Numbered from the stretch's first letter, positions 9,068-24,756 are shown. The stretch is DNA of 64,000 nucleotides from an uncultured delta proteobacterium (GCA_963727625.1 CAVSHR010000006.1:256001-320000), one strand, 5' to 3'. Notes: a model not told the origin generated them from the letters alone. Program-made: numbers and translations.

Positions 9068-9967
9068 CTAAGCTTTCACTGCCCCAGCGATGATCCACTC
9101 TGACGCGATTTGACGCGCATCGCGCGCTTGTTCCGGGGCGATTTGAGCCAGCAGCTTTTCGAATTGCTTGAAGTCGACCTTCAACGTTTCGTCCATGCAG
9201 GCGATATATTCGTTGAAGGTTTTTTCCGCCAACGCCGGCGCGTGGCCAAAATGCTTTTCCAGAATGCGCAGCGCCTCGGCACGATGCGACTTGAAGTATT
9301 GAATCCCCTCGCTGTACGCGGCGAGGAAAGTTGTCAGATCTTTCTCCCTCTCGCGCCATCGCTTCTCGGTGGTCTCGATGGTTATCGGCAGCGGGTCGTC
9401 GACCACCTCCGGCCATTCACTGAGGCGCTTGAATCCTCTCGCCTCGGCGATAAAACCAAAAGGCCGCGGCAAGAGCGCCGCCTGCGCCTGGCCGTCGATC
9501 AGCCAATTGAAAGCGTCTTGATCGCCGCTCGCTAACCGCAGCGTCAGATCGGTCCCCACGCGGAGCATTGCTAATTGATGAAATGATTCCGCGATCGGCG
9601 CGTTGCGCGATGGGCCTTCCCGGCAAGCCACGATTTTGCCCCTGAGATCGGCGAGCGCGCCGATCCCCGGCGTCGCGATCAAATAATAGGGACAATGATT
9701 CATCGCGCAACCGAGAATCCGCGTCGATTTCGACGCGAGGAAATGCTGCAACGACGCCCGTCCGACCACCAGCGATATTTGCGCCGAATCGTCCGCCAGC
9801 CTGCGATAGCGTTCTTCGGTGCCCTGCACATGCTGCCAGGACACCTCCAGACCATGCTTCTGAAAAATTCCCGTCTCAATGGACAAATAGCCGCTCGGAT
9901 CGCGCGCGAAGTCGCCGCCCGCGCCTTCGAGGTGACCGTACATGACGTTGAGAGTCGTTAAGCTCAT
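9068..9967 (-). CDS. NMT1/THI5-like periplasmic-binding-fold protein without signal peptide
   Basis: GIFQKHGLEV, DLRGKIV and G.AQAALL patterns. No hydrophobic N-terminus. Confidence 0.7.
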   Translation of the reverse strand: MSLTTLNVMYGHLEGAGGDFARDPSGYLSIETGIFQKHGLEVSWQHVQGTEERYRRLADDSAQISLVVGRASLQHFLASKSTRILGCAMNHCPYYLIATPGIGALADLRGKIVACREGPSRNAPIAESFHQLAMLRVGTDLTLRLASGDQDAFNWLIDGQAQAALLPRPFGFIAEARGFKRLSEWPEVVDDPLPITIETTEKRWREREKDLTTFLAAYSEGIQYFKSHRAEALRILEKHFGHAPALAEKTFNEYIACMDETLKVDFKQFEKLLAQIAPEQARDARQIASEWIIAGAVKA

Positions 9968-10058
9968 GGCTCGTCTCCATTCCTCGCCTGCCGCCCTCCT
10001 CTATATTACGGCTTGCTCTAGCAAACAAACCATTCCCGACACGAACGAGCAAGAATTC

Positions 10059-10088
10059 TTGACAGCCGATTGCCTTCGGGAATAAAGT
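10059..10088 (+). promoter_or_regulatory. Sigma70-type promoter for the cupin gene
   Basis: TTGACA-18-TAAAGT. Confidence 0.45.
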
Positions 10089-10138
10089 CCGGTCATACCT
10101 TGGGGTAGAGTTACTATCATTAATAAAGGGAGGTCGTC

Positions 10139-10564
10139 ATGCAACTATTAAATATTTCCGAAAAGGCCACAGAGCGTAAAAAAGGTCAGCGACGCATCGA
10201 CCTTTTCCGCCGCGAAAACCTCGAAACGTGGATTCTTATCTTTCCGCCGGGGGATGTGCAGAGAATGCACAACCATCCGTCGGATCGGACCTATTATGTC
10301 CTCACCGGCAAGGGTATTATGAAGGGCCTCAACGAATCGCACGAGGTTTCAGCCGGCCAGATTCTAAGCATACCGGCCCACGAGTTTTACGAGGGCTCGA
10401 ATCCCTACGATGAGCCGATGATTCTATTGGGCAACAGCCACAAGGCAACGCCAGAAGACGTCGCCAAAGCCGGCGGCCAGCGCAACGAGATCGATGAAAA
10501 GACCGGCAAGCGCATCATTTACCAGCACGGCGGAGGTCAGGACATGGGAGTATTGGCGGACTAG
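10139..10564 (+). CDS. Cupin domain protein
   Basis: GGGAGG RBS and cupin motifs HNHPSDRTYYVLTGKG and GQILSIPAHEFY. Confidence 0.8.
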   Translation: MQLLNISEKATERKKGQRRIDLFRRENLETWILIFPPGDVQRMHNHPSDRTYYVLTGKGIMKGLNESHEVSAGQILSIPAHEFYEGSNPYDEPMILLGNSHKATPEDVAKAGGQRNEIDEKTGKRIIYQHGGGQDMGVLAD

Positions 10565-10587
10565 TCGAGCCTAGCTCAAAGGTCTTC

Positions 10588-11165
10588 TCAAAGCCCGGCC
10601 GGCGCGGCGATCGGTGACTTGGCGTAGCCGATCGGCACAAGATGGTAGATTCGCAGCGGCTGGGGAATTTTCAACAACACTTTCAGCATGGTTTCCATTT
10701 AGGGCGAATTGGCATCGTTGACGTACTGGGACGCCAGGCCGAGCGCCGTCGCCGCCAGATGGATCAGAAGCGTCGCGTTGGCCAGGCCGGTAATGAAGCG
10801 CGACTCGGCATTTTCCAGTTGGGTGCGGATAGGATAGGATTGCTTCACCCTCGGGTCACCGACAATCACGATGTGGAGTGGCGCGTGGCGAAAGCCCTCG
10901 CCGGTCATCTTCGCCGTACCGCGCACGGCTAAATCCATCTCGCGCTTTGGTTCCATCTGCTTGAGATAATAGTCGGCGATTTTGTAGCGAGTGGCTTGAT
11001 CGCGCACGACGATAAACTCCCAAGGCTGTCCGTTGCCACCCGACGGTGCCCAGCGGGCGCAGTCAAGAACCTTTCGCACCATCGCTCGGAGATCTCCCGG
11101 CGTTCGTCGTAGCCGCGAATGCGGTGGCGCTGCTCCGCCAAGCTGAGTCAGTCATCGATATTCAT
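10588..11165 (-). pseudogene. Nitroreductase pseudogene
   Basis: MNIDD*LSLAEQRHRIRGY (nonsense), a frameshift near 11085 into MVRKVLDCARWAPSGGNGQPWEF, a premature TAA at 10699, then continuation METMLKVLL...VPIGY in another frame. Confidence 0.85.
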
Positions 11166-11372
11166 GCTTGCCCCCCTGCCGGCAAATACCCTTGAACTCT
11201 TTTGCAACAAAGCAAGGTTTTAGACAACCGGTGCCCAGTTGCGCAAATCACGGCGCCGAATTGGCGTCAGCTATCATTCCGTCGCTGCCGCTCGAAGCCG
11301 TGCCAAAAGTTAGGCTCGACAATTTGTTTCTTAGTGTTTCCGCGAAACTGTGGTATCCTTTTCACACTTCCG

Positions 11373-14300
11373 ATGAACGGGAAAACCCTACCGTCCGAAC
11401 TCACCCGTGCGCCATCGGTCGCCTCTCGGTTCTTTTCGTTCGTCAATGGGCCGCTGCTCAAGCGCTGGCTCTGGCGCTTGAGTGCTTGTCTGCTGCTGTT
11501 GCTCTGCCTCTTCATCGAAATCCAGACTTCGCTCCTACAGTCATGGATTTTCACCAGCACCAACGAGCGCCTGTTCTTCAACCTGCAGGAAGGTCCGAGT
11601 GCGGAAATCTTCTTTCCGCGTGCCGCGCCCTTCGACGACCGGCGCGGCTATTCCAAATTGCCGCGGTTTCAATCCCGACTGCAAGAACAGGGATACCGCA
11701 TAACCCGGCAAGCGCGCCAATCGGAAACCATGCTGACGCTATTAGCGCAAGGTATTTCCCCACCCTACGGCGAACGAGCCGCCGCCGGTCTCGATATCCG
11801 CGGTGCCGACGGCACGCCTCTGTTTCGCTACGGTCAAGCGGAATTTTTGTTCGAAAAAATTGACACGATCCCGCCGCTGGTGGTCAAAGCACTGCTGTTT
11901 CTTGAAAACCGCGATCTCGATCGTCCGGCGACGCCGTGGCAAAACCCGGTGATCGAGTGGGGCCGCATCCTCAAAGCCGGGCTGATGTATATCGGGTCCA
12001 AGCTTCATCTGCCAGTCCCGGTGCAGGGCGGCAGCACACTCGCTGTCCAACTGGAGAAATTTCGCCACTCCCCCAACGGCCGTACCGACACGCCGATGGA
12101 AAAATTGCGCCAGATCATCGGCGCAAGTCTGAAAGCTTATCGCGAGGGCGCGAACACGCGCGCCTGGCGTGAGCGCATCGTCGTCGATTATCTCAACTCC
12201 GTACCGCTGGCCGCCGCGCCCGGTTACGGCGAGATCCATGGACTTGGCGAAGCGCTCTACGCCTGGTTCGGCATGCGCCTCGACGACGTCGTTGCGGCGT
12301 TGAATTCTCCCGGCCCGTCGCCGGCGAAAGTGCGCGCTTTCAAACATGTTTTGACGCTGCTCATTTCGGTGCGCGCGCCGTCGGTGTATCTGGTCGACGA
12401 GCGGGCTTCTTTGGAGGACAAAGTCAACCAGTTCACCCGCCTGATGGCGCGCAACGGCATCATCGATTGGGAGTTTGCCGCGGAGTTGCAGGAAACCCCG
12501 ATCCGTTTCCTCCTCGCCGCGCCGCTGCCGCCGCAGCCCTCGTCGAGTAAAAATAAAGCGGCCAATGCCATTCGCACCAACATGATGGAGGCGCTCGGCA
12601 TCGCCAACGTTTACGAATTGGACCGTCTGCACCTGCAGGTTCGCAGCTCTTTCGATGTCGCCCTGCAAAAAAAAGTAACCGAATTTCTCCATCGCCTCGC
12701 CAATCCGCAATTCGTCAGTGCCCATGGACTGAGTGGCGAGCGGCTGCTGGAGGACGCCGATCCCGCCAAGGTGATTTATTCATTTCTGTTGGTCGAAGCC
12801 GCGCCGGCCGGCAATTTCATCCGCGTGCAGGCGGATAATTTTGCCGCGCCCTTCGACTTCAATAAAAGCGTCAAATTGGAACTGGGCAGCACCGCCAAGT
12901 TGCGCACCCTGACCCATTACTTGGAAGTGATGGCCGAGCTCCACGCCGAGTTCGCGGGATTGAACGACGAAGAGTTGGCGCGGAGAGCCAAAACCGCGGG
13001 CGATCCGTTGACTCGGTGGGCCATTGAAACGGCGCAGACTGAAAAAAACCTGTCGTTGCAGGCTTTCCTCGAACAGGCGATGGAGCGGCGCTACTCGGCG
13101 AGCCCTAATGAAGAATTCTTTACCGGCGGCGGCCTGCTCCGCTTCGAGAACTTCGACAAAAAAGACGACCACCGCGCCGTGGCGCTCAACGATGCCTTTC
13201 GCAATTCGATCAACCTGGTGTTTATTCGCCTGATGCGCGATCTGGTGAGCTATCATCGAGCCCGGCTCCCTTACAACACCAACGACGTGCTGGCGAACCC
13301 GGCCAACCCGAAGCGGCAGAAAATGCTTGGAGAAATCGCCGAAGAGGAATCCCGCCAGGCGCTGCGCCGGGCGCACCAGAACTACGCCAAGCAGGGTCCG
13401 GACGAAATCGTCGCCCGTCTGCTCGGCAGCAAGGGAAACATCGCGCGCCGTTTGACGATGTTATTTTTTGCCTGGCGCATCGGCGCCGGCATGAGCGATC
13501 TCGAGGCGTGGTTCGAAAAGAATCAAGTTCCAACCGAAGGCGTCGACATGGTGAAACTGTTTCACGCCTATAACAATCCGCGCTTGACACTGGCGGACTA
13601 CGCCTATCTGCTCGGCGTGCATCCGCTGAGTCTTTGGTGCGCCGGCGAGTTTTATAAAACTCCTGATCTTTCCTGGGAGAAGCTCTACGCGGCCGGCGGC
13701 GAAGCGCGCCGGCTGAGCTCGGCATGGTTACTGAGCGGCCGCAACCGCCGCGCTCAAGATCTGCGCCTGCGCATCCGCTTTGAAAAAGATGCGTTCAACC
13801 GCATGACGCCCTATTGGCAAAAGCTCGGCTTTCCGTTCAAGACGCTGGTGCCGAGCTTCGCTACGGCCCTCGGCAGCTCATCGGATCGACCGATAGCGCT
13901 CGCCGAATTGGTCGGCATCCTGGTGAACGACGGCATGCGCCGGCCGTCGGTGAGCCTCACCGAAGTTCATTTTGCCGAAGGCACCCCTTATGAAACCGTT
14001 CTCGAAAGGCCGGCGCCGCCGGGCGAACGAGTGCTCGCGCCGGAAATCGCCCGGACCATGCGTCGAGCCATGGCCGAAGTGGTCAAGCAAGGTACGGCGC
14101 GCCGCTTGAACGGCGTGTTTAAATTGTCCAACGGCGAAGTGCTAACCGTCGGCGGCAAGACCGGTTCTGGCGACAACCGCTTCGAGACCTTCAGCCGCTC
14201 CGGCGCCGTGACCAGCTCGCGCGCGACCAATCGCACCGCGACTTTTGTCTTTTACATCGGAGCGCGCTACCTCGGCGTCATCACGGCCTTCGTGCAAGGG

Positions 14301-14435
14301 CGCGAGGCGGAGAACTACCACTTTACCAGCGGCTTGCCGGTGTCAGTGCTGAAACTCCTGGCCCCGACGATCATCACCCGGATGGAAAATCAATCCATCG
14401 ACCAACCCACCTCAACTGTAAACCGGGCCCGTTGA
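11373..14435 (+). CDS. Large class A penicillin-binding protein (GT51 transglycosylase plus transpeptidase)
   Basis: N-terminal TM, GT51 motifs LENR and QGGSTLAVQLEK, transpeptidase motifs STAK (SxxK), SIN (SxN) and KTG. Start uncertain. Confidence 0.8.
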   Translation: MNGKTLPSELTRAPSVASRFFSFVNGPLLKRWLWRLSACLLLLLCLFIEIQTSLLQSWIFTSTNERLFFNLQEGPSAEIFFPRAAPFDDRRGYSKLPRFQSRLQEQGYRITRQARQSETMLTLLAQGISPPYGERAAAGLDIRGADGTPLFRYGQAEFLFEKIDTIPPLVVKALLFLENRDLDRPATPWQNPVIEWGRILKAGLMYIGSKLHLPVPVQGGSTLAVQLEKFRHSPNGRTDTPMEKLRQIIGASLKAYREGANTRAWRERIVVDYLNSVPLAAAPGYGEIHGLGEALYAWFGMRLDDVVAALNSPGPSPAKVRAFKHVLTLLISVRAPSVYLVDERASLEDKVNQFTRLMARNGIIDWEFAAELQETPIRFLLAAPLPPQPSSSKNKAANAIRTNMMEALGIANVYELDRLHLQVRSSFDVALQKKVTEFLHRLANPQFVSAHGLSGERLLEDADPAKVIYSFLLVEAAPAGNFIRVQADNFAAPFDFNKSVKLELGSTAKLRTLTHYLEVMAELHAEFAGLNDEELARRAKTAGDPLTRWAIETAQTEKNLSLQAFLEQAMERRYSASPNEEFFTGGGLLRFENFDKKDDHRAVALNDAFRNSINLVFIRLMRDLVSYHRARLPYNTNDVLANPANPKRQKMLGEIAEEESRQALRRAHQNYAKQGPDEIVARLLGSKGNIARRLTMLFFAWRIGAGMSDLEAWFEKNQVPTEGVDMVKLFHAYNNPRLTLADYAYLLGVHPLSLWCAGEFYKTPDLSWEKLYAAGGEARRLSSAWLLSGRNRRAQDLRLRIRFEKDAFNRMTPYWQKLGFPFKTLVPSFATALGSSSDRPIALAELVGILVNDGMRRPSVSLTEVHFAEGTPYETVLERPAPPGERVLAPEIARTMRRAMAEVVKQGTARRLNGVFKLSNGEVLTVGGKTGSGDNRFETFSRSGAVTSSRATNRTATFVFYIGARYLGVITAFVQGREAENYHFTSGLPVSVLKLLAPTIITRMENQSIDQPTSTVNRAR

Positions 14436-14498
14436 TTTACGGGGCGAGCATTCTTGCAATCGGCAATTTGTCGTCTGGAATTCCGAGCGAAGCGAGGA

Positions 14499-15185
14499 CT
14501 AGGTGCCGCGCCGGTTGCCGAACAATTCGATGTGCAAGCGCGGCGTGTAGCCGAAGCCGTAACGCAAACAGTCGCCGACGATCCAGCGCGCTTTGGCAGC
14601 CAGTTGTTTTTTGCTGGTGCCCTGCGCCATGATCATGACGCGGGCCGAGTCGACGTTGTTCAGTCGATCGAGCAGCGCGCGAATCTCGGCAAAATCTTTC
14701 CTGCTCTCGACGACAAACTTTAATTGGTAGTCATAACTGTCGAGGTACCTTTGCAAAACCGGCAAATTCAGCCGGCGCTCCTCATGCATGCGCGCAAACT
14801 TGCCTCTTTCCCTGCGCCGAGGGGTAGAATTCGCCAGCTTCGGACTGAGCGAAATCAGATCGCAGTACACCGGTTTGAATATCGTGCCGGCGGTCTCGAT
14901 GGTGATATGTTTTTTTCGGCGTTTGAGCTCCTGCGTCAGCACTTCGATTGCGCCGGTCAACAGCGGCTCTCCGCCGGTAATGACCACGTGACGAGTCGGC
15001 TGTTTTTCGACTAGACGGAGAATCTTCTCGATCGGCCACGACGAGCCCTCCGGCCGCCAGGAAGTGTAAGGGGTGTCGCACCAGACGCAGCGCAGATTGC
15101 AGCCGGAGGTCCGGATGAAGACCGAAGGGGTGCCAGCCAGGCGCCCTTCGCCTTGAATCGAATAGAAGATTTCGCTGATGCGCAT
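14499..15185 (-). CDS. queE: 7-carboxy-7-deazaguanine synthase (radical SAM)
   Basis: EIFYSIQGEG, CNLRCVWCDT, TGGEP, ETAGT, SPKL and PRLH motifs. Confidence 0.9.
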   Translation of the reverse strand: MRISEIFYSIQGEGRLAGTPSVFIRTSGCNLRCVWCDTPYTSWRPEGSSWPIEKILRLVEKQPTRHVVITGGEPLLTGAIEVLTQELKRRKKHITIETAGTIFKPVYCDLISLSPKLANSTPRRRERGKFARMHEERRLNLPVLQRYLDSYDYQLKFVVESRKDFAEIRALLDRLNNVDSARVMIMAQGTSKKQLAAKARWIVGDCLRYGFGYTPRLHIELFGNRRGT

Positions 15186-15323
15186 GGCTTCAATTTAGCA
15201 AAGCACCCGCGCCGCTTGAAGAGAAGCGGGAAACTTGCATCGAGCGCGCCTTGTGGTAGAGGTTAAAGGTTGGCGCCCGAGCAAAAGGCGCCGCCCCTCG
15301 GCGGCATGAATTGGGACAATCGG

Positions 15324-15566
15324 ATGACGGCAGATCAGGAAGCTTTAGTGGCCGAAGAGCGCAAGGTTCGCCGGCTGTGCTGCGCCATGGACGTTGCCGT
15401 GGCTCTGCTCTGGCGGGTCGATCTGACCCTCGAAGAGGCGCAAGACGTGGTCGGCCACGCCAAACGCATGGCACTGCAACTTTTTCCCGACAAAGAAGAA
15501 ACCTTTGATCTGATCTACGGGTCGCGCTTTCGCCGCATCCTGACGGAAAAATATCGCTTGCAATGA
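15324..15566 (+). CDS. Small helical hypothetical protein upstream of uvrA
   Basis: Compact protein-like ORF (ALQLFPDKEETFDLIYGSRFRRIL). Start at 15306 or 15324. Confidence 0.7.
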   Translation: MTADQEALVAEERKVRRLCCAMDVAVALLWRVDLTLEEAQDVVGHAKRMALQLFPDKEETFDLIYGSRFRRILTEKYRLQ

Positions 15567-15622
15567 ATTCTTTACACGGTCACTTCGACCCCGCTGGACT
15601 CAACATCGAGTAAGAATCCGTC

Positions 15623-21298
<5,676 letters not shown>

Positions 21299-21320
21299 CT
21301 TGGCTGCCAGACTTTTCAAG

Positions 21321-21692
21321 ATGCTCCGCTCCGGCATCCGGCTGCGCTGCCCGCGCTGCGCCACCGGCCGGTTGTACGCGAAACCGTTTAAAATGTTCGC
21401 CCATTGCCCGCACTGTAATCTAAAATTCGAGCGCGAGCCCGGTTATTTCGTCGGCGCGATGTATATTAACTACGCGGCGACAGTGGCCATCGCCATCCCG
21501 GGATTCTTTCTCCTGGACCTGTCCGCCGGCCTGACGATCAACCAACAACTCGCCATCTGGGTGCCCTTCGCCGTGATTTTCCCGCTGCTCTTCTTCCACC
21601 ACGCCAGAAGCCTCTGGCTGGTACTCGATCATTTCTTTAATCCCACCCAGAGCATCTACAGCGTGCCACCGAAACAAAAAACAGACCGCTGA
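21321..21692 (+). CDS. DUF983 family Zn-ribbon membrane protein
   Basis: CPRC...CPHC...EREPGYFVGAMY followed by two TM segments. Confidence 0.8.
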   Translation: MLRSGIRLRCPRCATGRLYAKPFKMFAHCPHCNLKFEREPGYFVGAMYINYAATVAIAIPGFFLLDLSAGLTINQQLAIWVPFAVIFPLLFFHHARSLWLVLDHFFNPTQSIYSVPPKQKTDR

Positions 21693-21703
21693 TTGCAGCC
21701 AGC

Positions 21704-22126
21704 CTATGGAAAGTTTTTTTGCTGCGGCTGCTTGGGAAACTTCGGCAAATCCGGGTTCATATGATCCCAGGGCTGGGCGCTGGAGGTGAAAAAATCCATT
21801 GTTGGTTTGAAGCGGCTCGGATCGTCGAGGCTTCCCGCGGTGATCAAGATGAACTGCGGGAAACCGGAGGTCTTGCCGAAGACTCTGCCGCCGCAATTCG
21901 GACAGAATCCACGACTGAAGGTATTACCGCTGTCGGCGCGGCTCTCGTAGTATTGAACCTCGCCGGTAATCTTTACCGAACCCACCGGCACGGCGAATGC
22001 CGGCACGTAAGCGCCGCCGGTTGCTTTCTGACAATCTCGGCAGTGGCAATTGCCGCTGAACAACGGCTCCGAGGCGCATTCGTAGCGCAGCGCGCCGCAC
22101 TGGCAACCGCCGGTAAGAGTGCTCAT
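21704..22126 (-). CDS. GFA family (CENP-V/GFA) Zn-binding protein
   Basis: GGCQCG, CHCRDC and FCPNCG motifs. GGAGG RBS. ATG overlaps the upstream stop. Confidence 0.9.
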   Translation of the reverse strand: MSTLTGGCQCGALRYECASEPLFSGNCHCRDCQKATGGAYVPAFAVPVGSVKITGEVQYYESRADSGNTFSRGFCPNCGGRVFGKTSGFPQFILITAGSLDDPSRFKPTMDFFTSSAQPWDHMNPDLPKFPKQPQQKNFP

Positions 22127-22467
22127 ATTTTCCTCCCCATAGATTGTGCTGAGGTTTGGCAACCGATCGCCTTTATCGCCCAGACGCGCAGTCGATCGCG
22201 GTCTTCGATGATGTCGACCGGGACTTGATAATAGCTTCTGAGCGTTTGCTTGGCGTTGGGCCGAAACGGTTTCATCTTGCGCCTGCGATACTCGCCGACG
22301 CTCGCATCATCGATCTTGAAATACAGCCGGCCTTTATGAAGGATAGCGAAAAACGTTTCTTCCCGGTACAGACCGAAGCCACCGAACATACGCCGCGCCT
22401 CGACACCCTCCAACTCCTGCAGCTGGTCGAGCACAAAATCCTTAAACGACTCATCCTTCTTATTCAT
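22123..22467 (-). CDS. TfoX/Sxy N-terminal domain protein
   Basis: RRMFGGFGLY, LYFK and YYQVP motifs. Confidence 0.85.
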   Translation of the reverse strand: MNKKDESFKDFVLDQLQELEGVEARRMFGGFGLYREETFFAILHKGRLYFKIDDASVGEYRRRKMKPFRPNAKQTLRSYYQVPVDIIEDRDRLRVWAIKAIGCQTSAQSMGRKI

Positions 22468-22484
22468 CGCACTCCGAACACGTC

Positions 22485-22520
22485 TTGAACGATTTGAACG
22501 GCTTGAACTTTTTGAACCCA
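22485..22520. repeat. 9-mer tandem array (TTGAAC-nnn) x4
   Basis: ttgaacgat-ttgaacggc-ttgaacttt-ttgaaccca. Confidence 0.75.
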
Positions 22521-22526
22521 TTCAGT

Positions 22527-23387
22527 CTAACCCACCGCCAACCCCACCACACCCAAAACCATCGCGCAGGCCCCGGCCAAACGCCGCGGCGCATCGCCTT
22601 CGCCGAGCAACCGCACGCCCATCGCCGTGCCGATCAGAACACTGATCTCGCGCGCCGGCGCGACATAGCTCACCGGGGTAAAGCTCATCGCCGTGAGCAC
22701 CAAGATATAAGCCAGCGGGATCAAGATCGCGCAGGAAATTGCCTCGTATTTATGCTCGCGCCACTCGGCCACCGCCTGATCGGAATATTTCAACGCGACG
22801 GGAGTGAGAAAGATCGCCCGGCCGACGTTGGCGCCCCAATCCAAAACCAGCGGCGCGACCCCGAAACGACTCACGGCCTGTTTATCCCACAACGTGTAAG
22901 CGGCGATGAATAATCCGGTGATCGCGGCGTAGAGCACCGCGTCGTGAGCACCGCTTTGACGCAGGCGGGAGAGATTCGTGGTCAAGAAAACCGCGCCGGC
23001 GATGATCAAAAGCGCGCCGGCGACGGCGACCAGCGAGGGGCGTTCGCCGAGAAATAGAATCGCCCCGACGCTCGACAGCAACGGCCCGGTGCTGCGCGCC
23101 ATCGGATAGACCAATGAAAGATCGCCGACGCGATAGCCCTGATTGAGCAGTACGAAATAAGCCGTGTGCAGCGCGGCGCTGCCGGCCATGATACCGACGG
23201 TCAGCCAGCCGATCTTGATTTGCCAGACGCCGATCACCGTGATCGTGGCCGGCGCGTAAAACAACGCTGAAAGCAATGCGACCAGCCAGGTAAACGTCGC
23301 ATGGCCGCTCGCCCGTTTATTGAGAAGATTCCAGGTGGCGTGGGTTAGCGCAGCTGCTAAAATAAGTGTGAGGGCCCAACCGGTCAT
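22527..23387 (-). CDS. EamA/DMT family transporter
   Basis: HATWN, GDLSLVYPMARSTGP and YVAPARE motifs, about 10 TM. Confidence 0.85.
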   Translation of the reverse strand: MTGWALTLILAAALTHATWNLLNKRASGHATFTWLVALLSALFYAPATITVIGVWQIKIGWLTVGIMAGSAALHTAYFVLLNQGYRVGDLSLVYPMARSTGPLLSSVGAILFLGERPSLVAVAGALLIIAGAVFLTTNLSRLRQSGAHDAVLYAAITGLFIAAYTLWDKQAVSRFGVAPLVLDWGANVGRAIFLTPVALKYSDQAVAEWREHKYEAISCAILIPLAYILVLTAMSFTPVSYVAPAREISVLIGTAMGVRLLGEGDAPRRLAGACAMVLGVVGLAVG

Positions 23388-23407
23388 TTCAAGCTGATGC
23401 GCATTCC

Positions 23408-23887
23408 CTATCGATGATCGTCGATCGCGGCGATGGAGTCGCCGGCGCAAATCGTTCCGCCGGTCAGGATCTCGGCCCGAAGCCCGCCGCGATGAATCAA
23501 ACCGCGCCGGGCGCCGTGGACGGTCAGTTTTCCCAGGTGGGTGCAGGGCTCGCAAAGGCGCATACCGCGCAACCGCGCTTCGCCGACGGAAAATTTCCGT
23601 CCGACGAGATGGTTCAACGCTACCCCGCGGGTGACGATGTTACGCCGCGCTTGACCGGGCTCAATTTCCACGGTGTATTCTCTCTTCAAGGCCTCGATCG
23701 CTTCTAACTCAATCAAAGTAACGTGGCGACCCGTACCGGGATTCTTTGAATACGTACCCAGGCCGGTGAAGTAACGATCGCCCTCCAAACCGTGCCCGGC
23801 AACCGCGCGCGCGAAGGAAACCCTTTGCATCGCCGCCGCGCCGGTCGGCGCGATATGCAGCGAGACCACGGAGCCCAGAGCATCCAT
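23408..23887 (-). CDS. MOSC domain protein
   Basis: GLEGDRY, RRNIVTRG, CEPC and GGLRAEIL motifs. Confidence 0.9.
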   Translation of the reverse strand: MDALGSVVSLHIAPTGAAAMQRVSFARAVAGHGLEGDRYFTGLGTYSKNPGTGRHVTLIELEAIEALKREYTVEIEPGQARRNIVTRGVALNHLVGRKFSVGEARLRGMRLCEPCTHLGKLTVHGARRGLIHRGGLRAEILTGGTICAGDSIAAIDDHR

Positions 23888-23895
23888 CGGCGAAC

Positions 23896-24756
23896 TTACT
23901 TTTTTCGTGCCACCAACGCCGCGATTTCCGGAGTTTGTAGTGCGTCTTTGAGCGCGGTCACCGTGCCGTTTCCTTGCAATTCCAACGCTAAGCGTCGCAC
24001 CGCGCCGATGGCGGCCTTGAGAAACGAAGAACCGTAGCTCACCCGCGCCACGCCGAGATCTTGCAACTCCCGGACGCTCGGCGATTGCGCGCCGGCGAGA
24101 ATGCTGATCGGCGCCTTAACCTCTTTGGCGATGCGCCCGATGATTTCGGCCGAGTGCAGGAACAAGTAAAAGATGCAGTCGCCTCCCGCCTCGGCGTAGG
24201 CGTTGCCGCGGCCGATCGCTTCGGCGAGCGCTTTTTTCGGATCGTCGGTGATGACGTGAAAAGCATCCACGCGCGCGTTTAAAAAAAAGTCGCTGCCGAT
24301 TTCGCGCTTGGTGTCCATGACGGCCTTGATCTTGCGCAGCTGTTCAGAAACTTCTACTAATCCGCCACGCCCCTTCACCGCGCCGTCTTCGAGGTTCATT
24401 CCGGCCACGCCGCGCGCCACCAGCGCGCGCACGGTTTCTCGAACGCCCTGCTCGTCGCCGTAGCCTCGTTCACCATCGGCGTTGAACGGCACGGTCACGG
24501 CGCCAGCGAAGGCGCCGCTGATTTCGATGAACTGCTCCCGGCTCATCACCTCGCCGTCGGGCAAACCCAACGATGCGGCGATGCCGCCGCTGGTGCCCTG
24601 AATCGCCTTGAACCCCAATTGCTCGAACAGCAGCGCGCTCAAGACATCATAAGCGCCGGGCATGACGAGAATCTCCGGCGCGCGGACGAGTTCTCTAAGC
24701 TTTCTGCTTTTCTGATTGGTAGCCGCGAGCACCGCGGCAGGAACAGGCTCCATCAT
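23896..24756 (-). CDS. Isocitrate lyase / PEP mutase family protein
   Basis: PGAYD, GLPDG, NADGERGYG, MNLED and NARVD motifs. GGAGG precedes ATG 24756. Confidence 0.85.
   Translation of the reverse strand: MMEPVPAAVLAATNQKSRKLRELVRAPEILVMPGAYDVLSALLFEQLGFKAIQGTSGGIAASLGLPDGEVMSREQFIEISGAFAGAVTVPFNADGERGYGDEQGVRETVRALVARGVAGMNLEDGAVKGRGGLVEVSEQLRKIKAVMDTKREIGSDFFLNARVDAFHVITDDPKKALAEAIGRGNAYAEAGGDCIFYLFLHSAEIIGRIAKEVKAPISILAGAQSPSVRELQDLGVARVSYGSSFLKAAIGAVRRLALELQGNGTVTALKDALQTPEIAALVARKK

Noticed and set aside
11148-11150. In-frame TGA near the nitroreductase start as possible selenocysteine
   Set aside because: Not a Cys position, and the gene also has two frameshift-type lesions, so it is a pseudogene.
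22485-22520. Short tandem arrays as a CRISPR array
   Set aside because: Units are 7-9 nt with no unique spacers, and there are no cas genes.
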